Positions 52,323-64,000 of a stretch of 64,000 bases of DNA are shown here, in pieces; the stretch's first letter is position 1; each line of letters opens with the position of its first letter. The notes beneath the pieces were generated by a model. That model was not told the DNA's origin. It searched no databases and worked only from the letters and a program-made list of their open reading frames with translations. Location of the stretch: positions 77,004,001-77,068,000 of the forward strand of contig NC_042997.1 in assembly GCF_006345805.1 (NCBI RefSeq), in the 5' to 3' direction. The DNA is from Octopus sinensis (lineage: Eukaryota). The translations under genes were made by a program, and so were the position numbers.

Positions 52323-52783
52323 GTGTGTGTGTGTGTGTACATTAATATCGAACACTGAGAATGTGTGCTAAACACCATTTCTGCTTAGGTAATATTGATT
52401 AAACTTTAAACCCCAGTAACATTTTTCTGCAACTTTTCTGGAACAAATAAATAACAAAATTGGATTTAATGTGGAAAATTATTACAATATACTAAATTTG
52501 GAAATTTTGACATAATTTTAAAATCTCACAATATATGACAGCAAAAGACAGACAGTTATAGGATGTGACACATACATTTACAAATGTACATACAGGTAAT
52601 CACTAGTTTAAAATGGTGTATAGTAGACATGTGTATGTATGTATGTGTGTGTGTGTCTGTGTGTATTTCTTTGTGATGGACAGCAGAAAAGTCACCTAGG
52701 AAGAGCATAAGACTTTCTATTGTAAAAAATTGCCTGGCAACGATGAGCTATTCAACTAGTGTATATATACATATATATATATG

Positions 52784-52920
52784 CAATGGGCTTCTTTCAG
52801 TTTCTGTCTACCAAATCCACTCACAAGGCTTTAGTCAGCCCAAGGCTGTAGCAGAAGACACTTGTCCAAGTTTCTTACCCCACAGCCATGACTGCATCTG
52901 CATAGCCCTGCCTGCACCTA
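52784..52920 (-). mobile_element. CORE-type SINE, internally deleted
   Basis: Matches 33745-33905. Confidence 0.7.
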
Positions 52921-52973
52921 TATATATATATTAAATGTATATACTTTTATATCGGAAATATTTGATACATACT

Positions 52974-53004
<31 letters not shown>

Positions 53005-53765
53005 GATACACTTTTGTATACATATATGTGAACACCAATATACGTGTACACTCTGTTTTAGAACTGCATACTGATATCAAGTTGCAACTAGTCTGCTTCA
53101 TGTACAATGCACATGTTTGTGTTTATATATGTATATACACATGTGCAACTGATATGATAGTGGTATCAACATTATTTGTGTTGCTGTCAGCTCTGTTGAG
53201 GATAGACTCTGTCATTACACCAAATACAGTGATTAGTTGAACTAATTAGGAGACAGTTTTACAATCTTATCTATTTAAATAGTTGATACATGGCCTTCAG
53301 TGATACAAACCTAGATCGGTTCAAAATCTGGGCTTTCTGAAGCATACATTGTAAAGGAACCCACTCCCAATGTAATATGTGTACATACCTCCCACTGATA
53401 CTCATACTTCATAAGTGATCCAAATTAAATGAACAATTTGTTTATATTTACCACATCATTGTAGTGATCATAAAATGAGAAACTGCATAAAACTTTTATG
53501 TATGTGTTTTAAATCATAATTACTCCACCTTCCATTCAAAGTTTGTAAATGAACAATAGCTTTCTGTTAAAGGTTCTTATTTAAAATAATTTGATTCTGA
53601 CTGGAGACAATTTTTCAATTGAGAAATATCAGAAATATTTATATTAATTTTTTTTTCATTGTGTATATTGTAAAATATTCAAATACATTTTCTACACTGA
53701 AGATAACCTGCTGTACATTATATATATATATTATATATATATATATATATACACATACATACATA

Positions 53766-55560
53766 TACTAGCAATGATACCCAGCATTGCCCATGTCACA
53801 TGGAATTGAAGAATTTGACTGTTCTTTTATAGTTTCTCTAATGAACTGGAATGATTTGAATTTCATCAAAATCAGAGATTAAGAATTTTAATGAGGGTTC
53901 TTTCCCTCTTTATACACCCTAATGAAAATTCAAATCATGACATATTCATCCCATACAACTCATCTTTATGTCCAGATTCCAAATCCAAATCTTATAAAAC
54001 CCATTCAAAGGTTTTTGCTCCTGAAAAATGGAGTACATGGAGCTCTAAAATGTAAGAGGTAAGGCCCCTATTAGGTGGGGTCTTAAAGTCAACCAGAGAA
54101 GTTAAATTGTTGGGATTCTTTTTTAACTTGTGTCTTACATCTATTGTTCCAATTTCTTTGAAATCTTAAATATATGAATGTTCACTGGATTTGTAAAAGA
54201 GAGCAAAGCTAGAGGAAACCAAAAGACGAATGGTCACAATAAGCAGTCAGCTACCCTACCCTAGTTGTTACCACTCCCCAATGTAGGAGTCTTCACCATA
54301 CGGGTAACCGGCACAGCCGTAAGATGCATTACAGATCTATAGCAATTGGAAGGGCATGACCCAACTCAAATAAACATTAACAACTGTGATATGAGGACTA
54401 AGGTGAAATGAAAGCATCACCTCTGGAGTTTGCCAGTGATCACTATGCCAATAGGTAACTGAACAGAATAAATTTGCAATCTATAAATCTCTTTGAATGA
54501 CCAATCACTTATCAGAGTCCTTTAAATCAATGTTACTATCTGGGGACTATCTCTGACCCAGTGATAATAAAAAGACTCAAAGGAGGTCTGCAACTGAATC
54601 AATGGAGGCAAAGATGCCTCTCCTTTACTTGACCAGATTGCAGAAATCACAATCTAAGTGTATCGCAAAGCAAACTCTTACACTGTTGTACCATTGAATT
54701 ACAAATAACGCTCATCTTGTATTCTCAGGTGACTCTAGAGCTTCCAAGACTACAACTGTATTCATCTTGGCTTACAAAAAATGACTGAATTGTTGGGCTT
54801 AACCCTCATTAAGGGGTCTTACTAACCTCCTAAGAAGTTGAAATTTTAGGAATATTACTTCATTTGTGTCTAATATCTATCATTAAAATTTCATCAACAA
54901 CAAAAATATATGTATTTTCATGAGGGTTATGACCTCATTTATGCCTCCTCACTTTCAAAGATATACTGCATTACATCTGCCCTTATTCATAGAATATAAT
55001 TTCTAAATTTCATAAAGATCCATTCGGTACTTTTGACCTTGTTTTGGATCATGAGAAGCAGAAACTTTGGGAATTCCAATTACCTATTATTGAAATTTTA
55101 TCAGCATTGGAAATTTATAAATTTTCATAGGGGATTCTGCCCCCTTTAAGCACCTTCAAATTCAAACCAAACATACTGCCCTTATGCATTGAATCTAAGT
55201 TCTAAATATCATAAGGATCTATTCAGTAATTTTGGTCCATAAAAAATAACTAAAATTTGGGGGTTAAGCCCATTAAGGGGTCTTAGAATCATCCAAAGAA
55301 ATGGAAATTTTGGGTATATTTTTTAATTTATTTCTAATACCTATGGTTCAAATTTTATCAAAATCTGAAGCATATGAATTTTCACAGGGGGTTCTGCCCT
55401 CCCTTTATGCACCCTCAAAATTGTATGGAATATACAGCATTACCCTTCTCCCTAGGCTTGGATTTTGTGTTCCAAATGTCATTAGGCTTGGTCCAGTAGT
55501 CTTCAAGTCCATAAGTAACACACAAACACACAGACATTGACTTTTATATAATATATATAA
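53766..55560 (+). mobile_element. Non-autonomous Helitron/Helentron-like element with degenerate internal repeats
   Basis: Starts TACTAGC..ACCCAGCATTGCCC, ends acacaaacacacagacattgacttttatata in (TA)n; recurring ggggtctta...gaaatttt motifs. Confidence 0.55.
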
Positions 55561-56756
55561 AATTAAATCAAGGATATAAATCCTCTTAAAGGGATGTTAG
55601 CATCCGAGTTCTCCACTTTTATCCAGTGTATCAGTGAGAAACCAAAGATGTCAGCTTTGCATTGATGGATCTAGGTATACTATTTTTTAATGTTTTAGTA
55701 AAAATGAAAATGGAAAAATTGGCATATAGACATTAGAGCATAATACAATTCTGAACAATATCAAACTCAATTTCTCCTACAATTGTTTCCATACCTTATT
55801 GCTTCAATTTGAGAAATTAAATTAAATTTCCATATCAAATATTGTTAATTGGGTATTTCTTCAGGGGAAGAATTTGATAGAAAGGAGCTACATTCCGATG
55901 TGATGTTTGACCTTTGATAGAATTGGATATATGCATTTCAGCAAACAATGTATTTAAAAAAACTGTTACTTATGTATATGTAAATGCAAATTTCTGAGAG
56001 CGTTTGTGCATGTTCATGTATAATGTGTTGAAAAGAAAAAAACAAACAAATTATCTGTTAGTTAGCTTTAACAATATTTCAATACGATTATTTAAAATTA
56101 GAATCTAAGATAAACATTATTCATAGTTTACATTGTTACTTATGATAGAGGGAAATATCATTAAAGTATTTAATCACTTAAGAAATTTATAAGTCACCCA
56201 GTTGCAGTCTAGAAATTGCAGTTAAATAATGAATTGTTTTCTTTTAAACATAATTACGTATATGTAATATCTTCATGTATTTGTGCATGCATTAGTTAAT
56301 GTGTTGAAAGGTACTAGACGATGACAAATCAAAACTGCTTGCTAATTACCATAGCTGAATATTACGTCATCAATATTTGTGCACAATATATCTGTTTACA
56401 TAATAGTGTGAACAGATATACACAAGCTCTATTGAGGAAAGCACTGATGTTAACAGATCCAAATAAATGAAATCAATAAAAATTAAAACCATTATTGCAT
56501 TAAAAGATAGTATCTTTAACTTAATATTACAAATTATTTTTAAAATATATTAATCACAGGTTCCTAACATATCTAGAAATACCCAATTAATGGTATTTGA
56601 TATGGAAATTGAATTTTATTTAATTTAATTTCTCAAATTGAAGTAATTGGACATGAAACAATTGTAGGTGAAATTAGGTTTGATATTGTTCAGAATTATA
56701 TTATGTTCTAATAAATTGATGTCTATATGTCAGTTTCTCCATTTTCTTTTCTATTC

Positions 56757-56798
<42 letters not shown>

Positions 56799-56831
56799 CT
56801 TATTTTGACATATATATATATATATATATAT

Positions 56832-56874
56832 GTCCAACCCATGCTAGCATGGAAAGCGGACGTTAAATGATGAT
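56832..56874 (+). mobile_element. 43 nt RTE tail stub
   Basis: gtccaacccatgctagcatggaaagcggacgttaaatgatgat. Confidence 0.85.
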
Positions 56875-56969
56875 ATATATATATATATATATATATGTTG
56901 CTTATTTTGACATATATATATATATATATATATGTTGCTTATTTTGACATATATATATATATATATGTA

Positions 56970-58498
56970 TACTAGCATTATGACCCGGCGTTGCCGGGTC
57001 ATAGTGCTAGTGCATGTATATATGTGTATATATATGTGTACATATAACATGTACAGCTATATATATATACATCTACACATAAAATACAAAATACAAAGTT
57101 ATATCTTGATATCGCTAGTGATAACAATACTCAAAATATATAACAGACTGGAATTGTAGGCCCGTCTCTTGCAATTTCGATCAATTGTATCTTGTCCACC
57201 CTCTTGTATAGAAGTGTGGCTACAATCCAGCCTACCTCTACTTCTGGGGGGACATTTTAAATTTTTATCCGGGACGTCCTATGTCCCAGATACAAAGGTA
57301 GAAATAAAATATTTCCACTTTGCAAGGTTCGAGTCAAGTACTCGCTAGCCCGCTCTGTTGACTCGAACCTTGCTTCTATTGTGTCGAATTTACCGCCTCT
57401 GGTTAGATATCTTTCATAGTCGCACCAAGACACTTTTCGAAGGTGCTTTCCTCCAGGTGTTCAAATCCTTTTTTTTTTCTCTACATTGTATACTTTATAG
57501 ACAATAGTCTCTTCTTTAATTTTTTATTTTTTTTGGTGGTGTTATCTTTGATTCACCGTCTTTGTCGGTGATCAATCCGAAATAGGTTTGTATTTCTTCC
57601 ATTTTAATTTTAATGAGTTCGCGCTCGCCGACAGCTGCAGCGAAATTCATTTTTGGACTTTCTTCTATCGAAGGCATTCTAACAAAAATGCTTCCATGTA
57701 AACGGTGAAAATATTGTCAATTTCCCCAAACAGGGACACAATTCAATTTTTAAACAATACCCAAAGCTCCTTCTCCCAAAGGGGGAGGGTTACAGTTTAC
57801 AATTATTTAACAAATGCAACACAACATTTCCCTTACGCGGAATCAACAAACGTGATAACAATAGTTAAACAGTAATAATAATAACAACAAACCTTACGGT
57901 GAATCAAAAAGCAGTACGCAGTACGCTGTTCGAGAAAACAGACATTACATACAGCCAAACTTCATATAGATACTTAATGCTAACTAATTAGCAGATAATC
58001 TAATGTAAAAGCCGTGGTAAAGGGTATGTGCACAGCTCCATCTGGACTATTCCATTTCTGCACACTAATTTTATTTTTAATTTATTGCCATTCATGTGAA
58101 ACCACTTATTCAAGTTCAAGTCATTGATGCAATTTTATACCAATTGCTATTTTTACTTTTAATTGTTATGATTTAATTTAGTTTGATTTTAATTATTACT
58201 TACTACATATAATTCAAATTTTATTATTATCTCTAATTTTTATTGTTAAAGTGAAAGTATCTGTCATAAAATAGAGGAATGTTTTTGTTTCACTTTTAAC
58301 ATGTAATAGTAAAATAGTGGCGAAGATATGATATTGCTATGGGCTCGCCCTAGGCAAGAAGTTAAACATTTTTTTGGGCCCATGAAACTACATAGACCCT
58401 AAGTAAGGCATGTGTGAAATTTGAATGAAATTGTGTAGTTCTCAAGTTTCAGGGAAACACACAGACAGTCTGACACACGTTCTCAGTTTTATATATAT
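56970..58498 (+). mobile_element. Non-autonomous Helitron/Helentron-like element with a 5' hairpin and nested LINE fragment
   Basis: TACTAGC start with a 19 bp hairpin (56971-57011); ends acacacagacagtctgacacacgttctcagttttatatatat. Confidence 0.6.
57148..57961 (-). pseudogene. 5' UTR and ORF1 remnant of a LINE (L1/Tx1-like, RRM-type)
   Basis: Minus-strand translation MEEIQTYFGLITDK...LFLPLYLGHRTSRIKI*NVPPEVEVGWIVATLL, with stops and frameshifts. Confidence 0.5.
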
Positions 58499-58503
58499 GT
58501 ATG

Positions 58504-58535
<32 letters not shown>

Positions 58536-58547
58536 TATATATATATA

Positions 58548-58580
<33 letters not shown>

Positions 58581-59023
58581 CGTTTAATATTTGTTGTGCA
58601 AGATTTTTTATGTGAAGTCGTGTGTTGAAACAGATATTGTTATATTTCGGAATGGTCATATTGCCAGTTAGCCAATAAAAACCACGCACTATATATTTGG
58701 TGTTATTTTGCTTCAGTGATTTTATTCTTACATTAATCTTAATCTTATTTCGGCCAAAGTTCTTTCGTCACACTCCTGTGACCGCATCAGCGGTCCATTG
58801 TTTTCTTCTCACTTATTTGTGTCTCTCCTTACTAACCGTCAGCCATTTTGTATTTCTATTGTATGTCTTCATTTGCGCATGCTTATATCTCTATGTGCGT
58901 CTATGTTTATTTAGTGTGTGTGTGGGGGGGGATGCCTGTAATATTTGTATCTTCTGGTTATATACATTCTTGTAATTTGTATTTTGTTTTTGTTGTTGTT
59001 GCTTTTGTTCTAATTTTGTTCAT

Positions 59024-60239
59024 GTGTTTACATCCACCCATTATAATGAAGATAACCCTAGAGAGACCATTGACATGTATACCCATCCCTTTGACACTCA
59101 ATTCTTCAACGTATGCGACAAAACTTACTGCATGAACCGAATTTATCCAACAACATTACCCTTCAACAAAAGAGTATACATCCCAAGACGTACTAATGAC
59201 CACATGGAAGCACAGTTCACTATAGCTAGGACCAAACTTAGACAGATTTTAGGATTATACATTATTATACAGAGACAGAATAAGACAGATGCCCAACAAC
59301 TCGGGATTAAACCTGCATGTGGCCTACAGAAGCTCATTCAGTGCACGAGGAACGGAGAGGTGATATGCCTTCCCACAGATAAGTCCGGTAGGATGTCAAT
59401 AGACAGCTTACCGAACTACATCCAGGCAATGCAACCTCATATCGCCAATACAAAAGTAACAACTGTACAGGCGCATGAGGAGAGAGAAAAGGTCCTCAAT
59501 GCCCACATGATGATGTGGACAATTGTTCTGGGACCCCAGAAACGTACTGCAAAGAATTTCCAAGCCTGGAACAATGATATCCCGGCACTGTATGGACTTC
59601 GCAAGGACCATAAAGTTTTTACTGACCCTATTGCAGGACCACCAACAAGACCGGTCTGTGGAGCGAATATCGCTAGCAATTACAGAATCTCCTACTTCCT
59701 CTCAATGATCATACGCCCTATAATCAGGATGTCACCTGATGTGTGTGACAGCACAGAAGATCTCCTAAGCAGGATCAGTGACTGTAACAAAACTTGTGAC
59801 TTGACAGGATGTATAGTAGGTAGCATGGATGTGGTATCCCTATACCCATCGATTGACGTATATTTTGCAGTGGAGAAGTGCGTGGAGATGATCAACGAGA
59901 GCCAGGTGGAGTTCTGTAATGTCGACACAGAAGAACTGGGCCTCCTACTTAGACTGACATATAATAGTGAATACTTAGATAAACATAATCTTAGTAGTTT
60001 CTGCCCCAGTAGATGTTTAAGAGGTAGACCGCCTACAATTACTTCTATGGCTAGGAAGACTAATATAGAAAGATGGCGCGGATGGACCAGAGCCATACGG
60101 GGCCCCGCAAATGTCCATCAGGTAAAGAAAATGATCGCACATGCACTAGGAGCTAGTATAAGAGTTACCCTAAAAGGCCACACATTTAAATTTAATAATA
60201 AAATATATGCCCAGGACGAGGGGCAGCCATCGGTGTTAG
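59024..60239 (+). CDS. Penelope-like element reverse transcriptase, partial (cut by an assembly gap)
   Basis: PTDKSG, PALYGLRKDHK, PTRPVC, SMDVVSLYPSI and TFKFNNKIYAQDEG; about 405 codons without a stop. Confidence 0.92.
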
Positions 60240-60339
60240 NNNNNNNNNNNNNNNNNNNNNNNNNNNNNNNNNNNNNNNNNNNNNNNNNNNNNNNNNNNNN
60301 NNNNNNNNNNNNNNNNNNNNNNNNNNNNNNNNNNNNNNN
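60240..60339. other. Assembly gap (100 N)
   Basis: Direct sequence. Confidence 1.
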
Positions 60340-60412
60340 AAAAAAATATATAGAAGAATAGAATTTTGGGTAAATAAGGAAATTCTCACTTATACCTATA
60401 CACATATGTGTA

Positions 60413-60450
60413 TCTTTCTGTTGAAGAGCGTAGGCTCGAAACGTTAAAGA
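60413..60450 (+). ncRNA. Minimal hammerhead-like motif, variant core (copy 1)
   Basis: UCUUU CUGUUGA A GAG-CGUAGG-CUC GAAA CG UU AAAGA. Confidence 0.5.
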
Positions 60451-60809
60451 CTTGTTTTATTTATATTTCCTGAGCGCCATACTAATACAATTGTTCGTTT
60501 GTCTTCCACCTGCCCTCGTCTTTTGTTTATTTTCATAAAGCTTCCCGTTATATATTATGCGCTCACGTGGTCTCACTTTCATCCTATATTCTACCAATAC
60601 CACTATCAACACTTACCTCTACCTTGGATTTTCTTTACCTCTTGGATACTTACCATTGGCTGCACCTCTCTTTCGCGGATCAAAGTGACTTGCATTGATG
60701 TGAAATCCTAAAAAATATACCACGACGTCTACACATTTCTCACCTTGAACTTTCAACCTTGAACTTGTTCGCATAAACTGTCCCGGTTTGTGGTTTTTCT
60801 CTCTGTGTA

Positions 60810-60847
60810 TCTTTCTGTTGAAGAGCGTAGGCTCGAAACGTTAAAGA
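60810..60847 (+). ncRNA. Minimal hammerhead-like motif, variant core (copy 2)
   Basis: Identical to copy 1. Confidence 0.5.
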
Positions 60848-60987
60848 CTTGTTTTATTTATATTTCCTGAGCGCCATACTAATACAATTGTTCGTTTGTC
60901 TTCCACCTGCCTTCGTCTTTTGTTTATTTTCATAAAGCTTCCCGTTATATATTATACACTGTATATATATATATGCATGTATATGTG

Positions 60988-61035
<48 letters not shown>

Positions 61036-61504
61036 GATATATATATGTATGTATATGGTGTGTGTGATCATATAATATGGGGTGTGTGTATGTAGTGTGT
61101 ATGTATAGGGTGTGTGTGTGTGTATATATGTATACATATGTGTACAGGTATAAGTGAGAATTTCCTTATTACCTAAAACTCTATTCTTCTATATATTTTT
61201 TATTCTCCTTTTTTTATTCTTTTATTATTCTTCTATCTAATTTACCACTGACTCCTGACCACTCCCCCAAGTATGATTTTTTTGCGCTATGCCTACCCCC
61301 AAAAAGTCCCCCCCACCAGCACCCCTTTAAACCTGCCTAAATGTATAAATGCCAATACAATTCTTGTTAACTAGCTTCCTGAAGATTTCTCTTGAATGAA
61401 ACAGTTCTAGTCCTGTAGAAAGCTCCTTCTATATAATAAATTAATTTTACTCTGCTATGTGAGTACCTTATTTACTGTGGTTAACCCGAATCAACCCGGG
61501 ACCT

Positions 61505-61506
61505 AC

Positions 61507-61560
<54 letters not shown>

Positions 61561-61563
61561 TAT

Positions 61564-61606
<43 letters not shown>

Positions 61607-61631
61607 TATATATATATACACATTATAATAT

Positions 61632-61664
<33 letters not shown>

Positions 61665-61668
61665 CACA

Positions 61669-61735
<67 letters not shown>

Positions 61736-62095
61736 CTATATATAACATATATTATATACATATATATATACATATATATATATACATATATATATATACA
61801 TATATATTACATATATATATATATATATATACATATATATACATATATATATATATATACAATAATATATATTATACATATATATATATATATACCTATA
61901 TATATACACATATATATATACATATTATATTACATATATATATATTACATATATATTATACATATTATATTACATATATATATATACTATATATATATAC
62001 ATATAGATATATACATATATATATAATATAATATACATATATATATAGACATATATATATATACATATCTATATATATACATATATATATATATC

Positions 62096-62138
<43 letters not shown>
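61505..62138. repeat. Long degenerate (TA)n/(TACA)n microsatellite
   Basis: Direct sequence. Confidence 0.97.
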
Positions 62139-62140
<2 letters not shown>

Positions 62141-62456
62141 ATTAACTGTTGGAGTGGACAGACGTCTATTTGTTCCTCTCCCAAGTCAGTAGCAGCTACA
62201 CAGCTTCAAAACTAACTGACCTTAAATATATATATATTGTAACCATGTGTTTGCCTACAAACCTGTAAGTAGGTTTTCATTTAACTACAAATTGTTATAT
62301 ACACCTGTTTTTCTTTTATATCCTCAAACAACCAAATAATCAAAAACTCACACCCTTAGAGAGAAACATTATATATATATACACTTCTTTAACTCCCAAG
62401 AAAGAATATATATATTTTCAAAAATCAAAAGGAAAACAAACAAAAGAAAAACAAAC

Positions 62457-63240
62457 ATGACTAACTTGCAGGCCTGCAACAGACGAAATTGGTCTGATAA
62501 CGAAATTGATGTTTTAATAAACACATGGCTCTCTCTTTCCCAAACAGAAAATCTAAATGTCTTGTGTTTGAATGAGATTGCCGAAAAAACATCACAAGTG
62601 GTCAACACATGATCCGTCAAACAGATTCATAGCAAGTATCTTTCAAACTGATAAGAGGCCATTATGAAAAGCTTCTACATATTTTCACAGTTCAAGAACA
62701 ACAACAGCTAGAAAATCAGCAGCCACAACAACAACAACAACAGAATGAGCCACTCCTGGTTCCCAACACAATGGCTGACCCTGACACAACACAACAGCCA
62801 CAGCAACAAGAACAACAACAGCCACTCCTCAACTCTAGCTTACTAGACGATTCACTAAATGCCAGTATATCGTCTTCTATCACCAAAAATACCAACAGAA
62901 AACCAAATAAGAAACCACTGCCCTCTTCCCCCACATCACCACCTCAATACTACTGCAGTAACAAAAACTTAAAGAAACATAGGAAGCAGAATGCGCCCCC
63001 CACGGCTCAAACAAGAAATCCCCAAATATGCCGCTATTCACTGCGCCAGAGACTCTGCACAAATAGTGACTGCATCTTCAAGCATCTACCCGGCACTAGA
63101 CGCACTACGGCCAAGGCCAAAGCACGCATCCCACAATAACATCAACACCACCAAATAGTAAATCGAAATTCAAAACACACACAACTCGGAGTCCCAAAAT
63201 CTGCCGGTATTCCCAACGTGAGAGAACATGTCTACTGAGT
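62457..63240 (+). pseudogene. LINE ORF1 relic: Myb/SANT-like N-terminus, Gln-rich linker, CCCH finger
   Basis: MTNLQACNRRNWSDNEIDVLINTW...NT*SVKQIHSK, frameshift near 62642, then poly-Q and CRYSLRQRLCTNSDCIFKH. Confidence 0.65.
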
Positions 63241-63639
63241 GACTGTCCCTTCACTCATCTTCCAGGGACCCGACGCACAAACAGAAACGGGGCCTCAAGC
63301 CAAACACAAACCTGAATAACAATAAAAATAGAAACACACCATGCTGCAGTAATGCTGGTCCAGTCTTTTCAGGAAGAACAAAAAACAACAACAACAAAAG
63401 TGGAAACTACAACCCTATCCAACAGTGCAACCACACCTCCAGCCAAAACTGCTCCCTAAGCAGGAAAATTCTTTTTTAGCCATGTTGAACATGGCAAAAG
63501 AGATACACAAAAACATTCTAGCCATCACTCAACACCATCCTATGCTATTACCCAGTGCACCAATTCCCCACATTGCTGCCACTAACACACACAAAAAATC
63601 CAAGCCCCCTGCAACAGTCAAAACCAGCCACTACACTAA

Positions 63640-64000
63640 CCTCCACATTCCTACTCAATGCACAAGGTGTCAGCCCTTCCATCAATGCACAAAAAGGAAG
63701 GTCCAATTCATTGAAGACTGGGTTGGTAACCATTCACACCACATCCCTTTCTTCATTCTCACTGAGACCCACCTTGACAACTCCCACTTGGAAGCTGAAG
63801 TGAGAGTGAAGAATTTCACAACCATCCGCGCGGATCGTATCGGCAGGAGGAAGGGTGGAACTGCCATTTTCCTGCATGATTCATTTACGGCAGATGGAAA
63901 TAGTATATTCTCCAACGGCTACTGTGAATCAGTCACCGTGCACAACAAAGCCAATGACCTGACAGTAATTGGGCTCTATAGGCCGCCCCAAACACCCATA
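63640..64000 (+). pseudogene. LINE ORF2 start, APE endonuclease (probably CR1/L2/Jockey group), runs off the window
   Basis: FLLNAQG, frameshift, then FFILTETHL...RADRIGRRKGGTAIF...GLYRPP. Confidence 0.88.

Larger units (their letters stand above)
60407..60955 (+). repeat. Two ~152 bp direct repeats (60407-60558, 60804-60955), probable Penelope pseudo-LTR parts
   Basis: Near-identical copies downstream of the PLE RT, each with a hammerhead-like motif. Confidence 0.8.

Noticed and set aside
60240-60361. Extension of ORF 59024..60361 through the Ns
   Set aside because: Artefact of translating an assembly gap.
61372-61425. CTGAAGA...GAAAC...GTC hammerhead remnant (a similar trace lies at about 150-200)
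   Set aside because: Stem II base pair 10.1-11.1 and the first stem I pair are mismatched. It is probably a decayed PLE ribozyme but too degenerate to call.
61459-62184. Long Y/I-rich ORFs, also at 6507-6811 and 58425-58689
   Set aside because: Translations of (TA)n microsatellites.

Overview
AT-rich eukaryotic genomic DNA. The repeat spectrum (RTE LINEs with (GAT)n tails, CORE/V/Meta-like SINEs, long (TA)n tracts) suggests a cephalopod, probably Octopus; this is inference. No intact cellular gene is recognisable. There are only weak candidate exons of an unidentified + strand multi-exon gene at 34-47 kb. The window is mostly transposon-derived. It holds at least a dozen copies or fragments of an RTE LINE family whose ORF carries a PHD-type finger (one copy nearly intact), a Gypsy-type solo LTR, mariner and Tigger transposase relics, several MITEs, two Helitron-like non-autonomous elements, a Penelope-like RT and the 5' part of a two-ORF LINE. 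Most notable: (1) a 340-353 bp tandem repeat at 17.3-18.1 kb whose two complete units each encode a type I hammerhead ribozyme fold on the minus strand (retrozyme-like); (2) a 5 kb higher-order 162 bp satellite fused to the 5' end of the near-intact RTE, with the whole block bounded by (TA)n; (3) variant hammerhead-like motifs in repeats next to the Penelope RT. All structures and translations were read by eye, and element boundaries are approximate unless a TSD or TIR is given.
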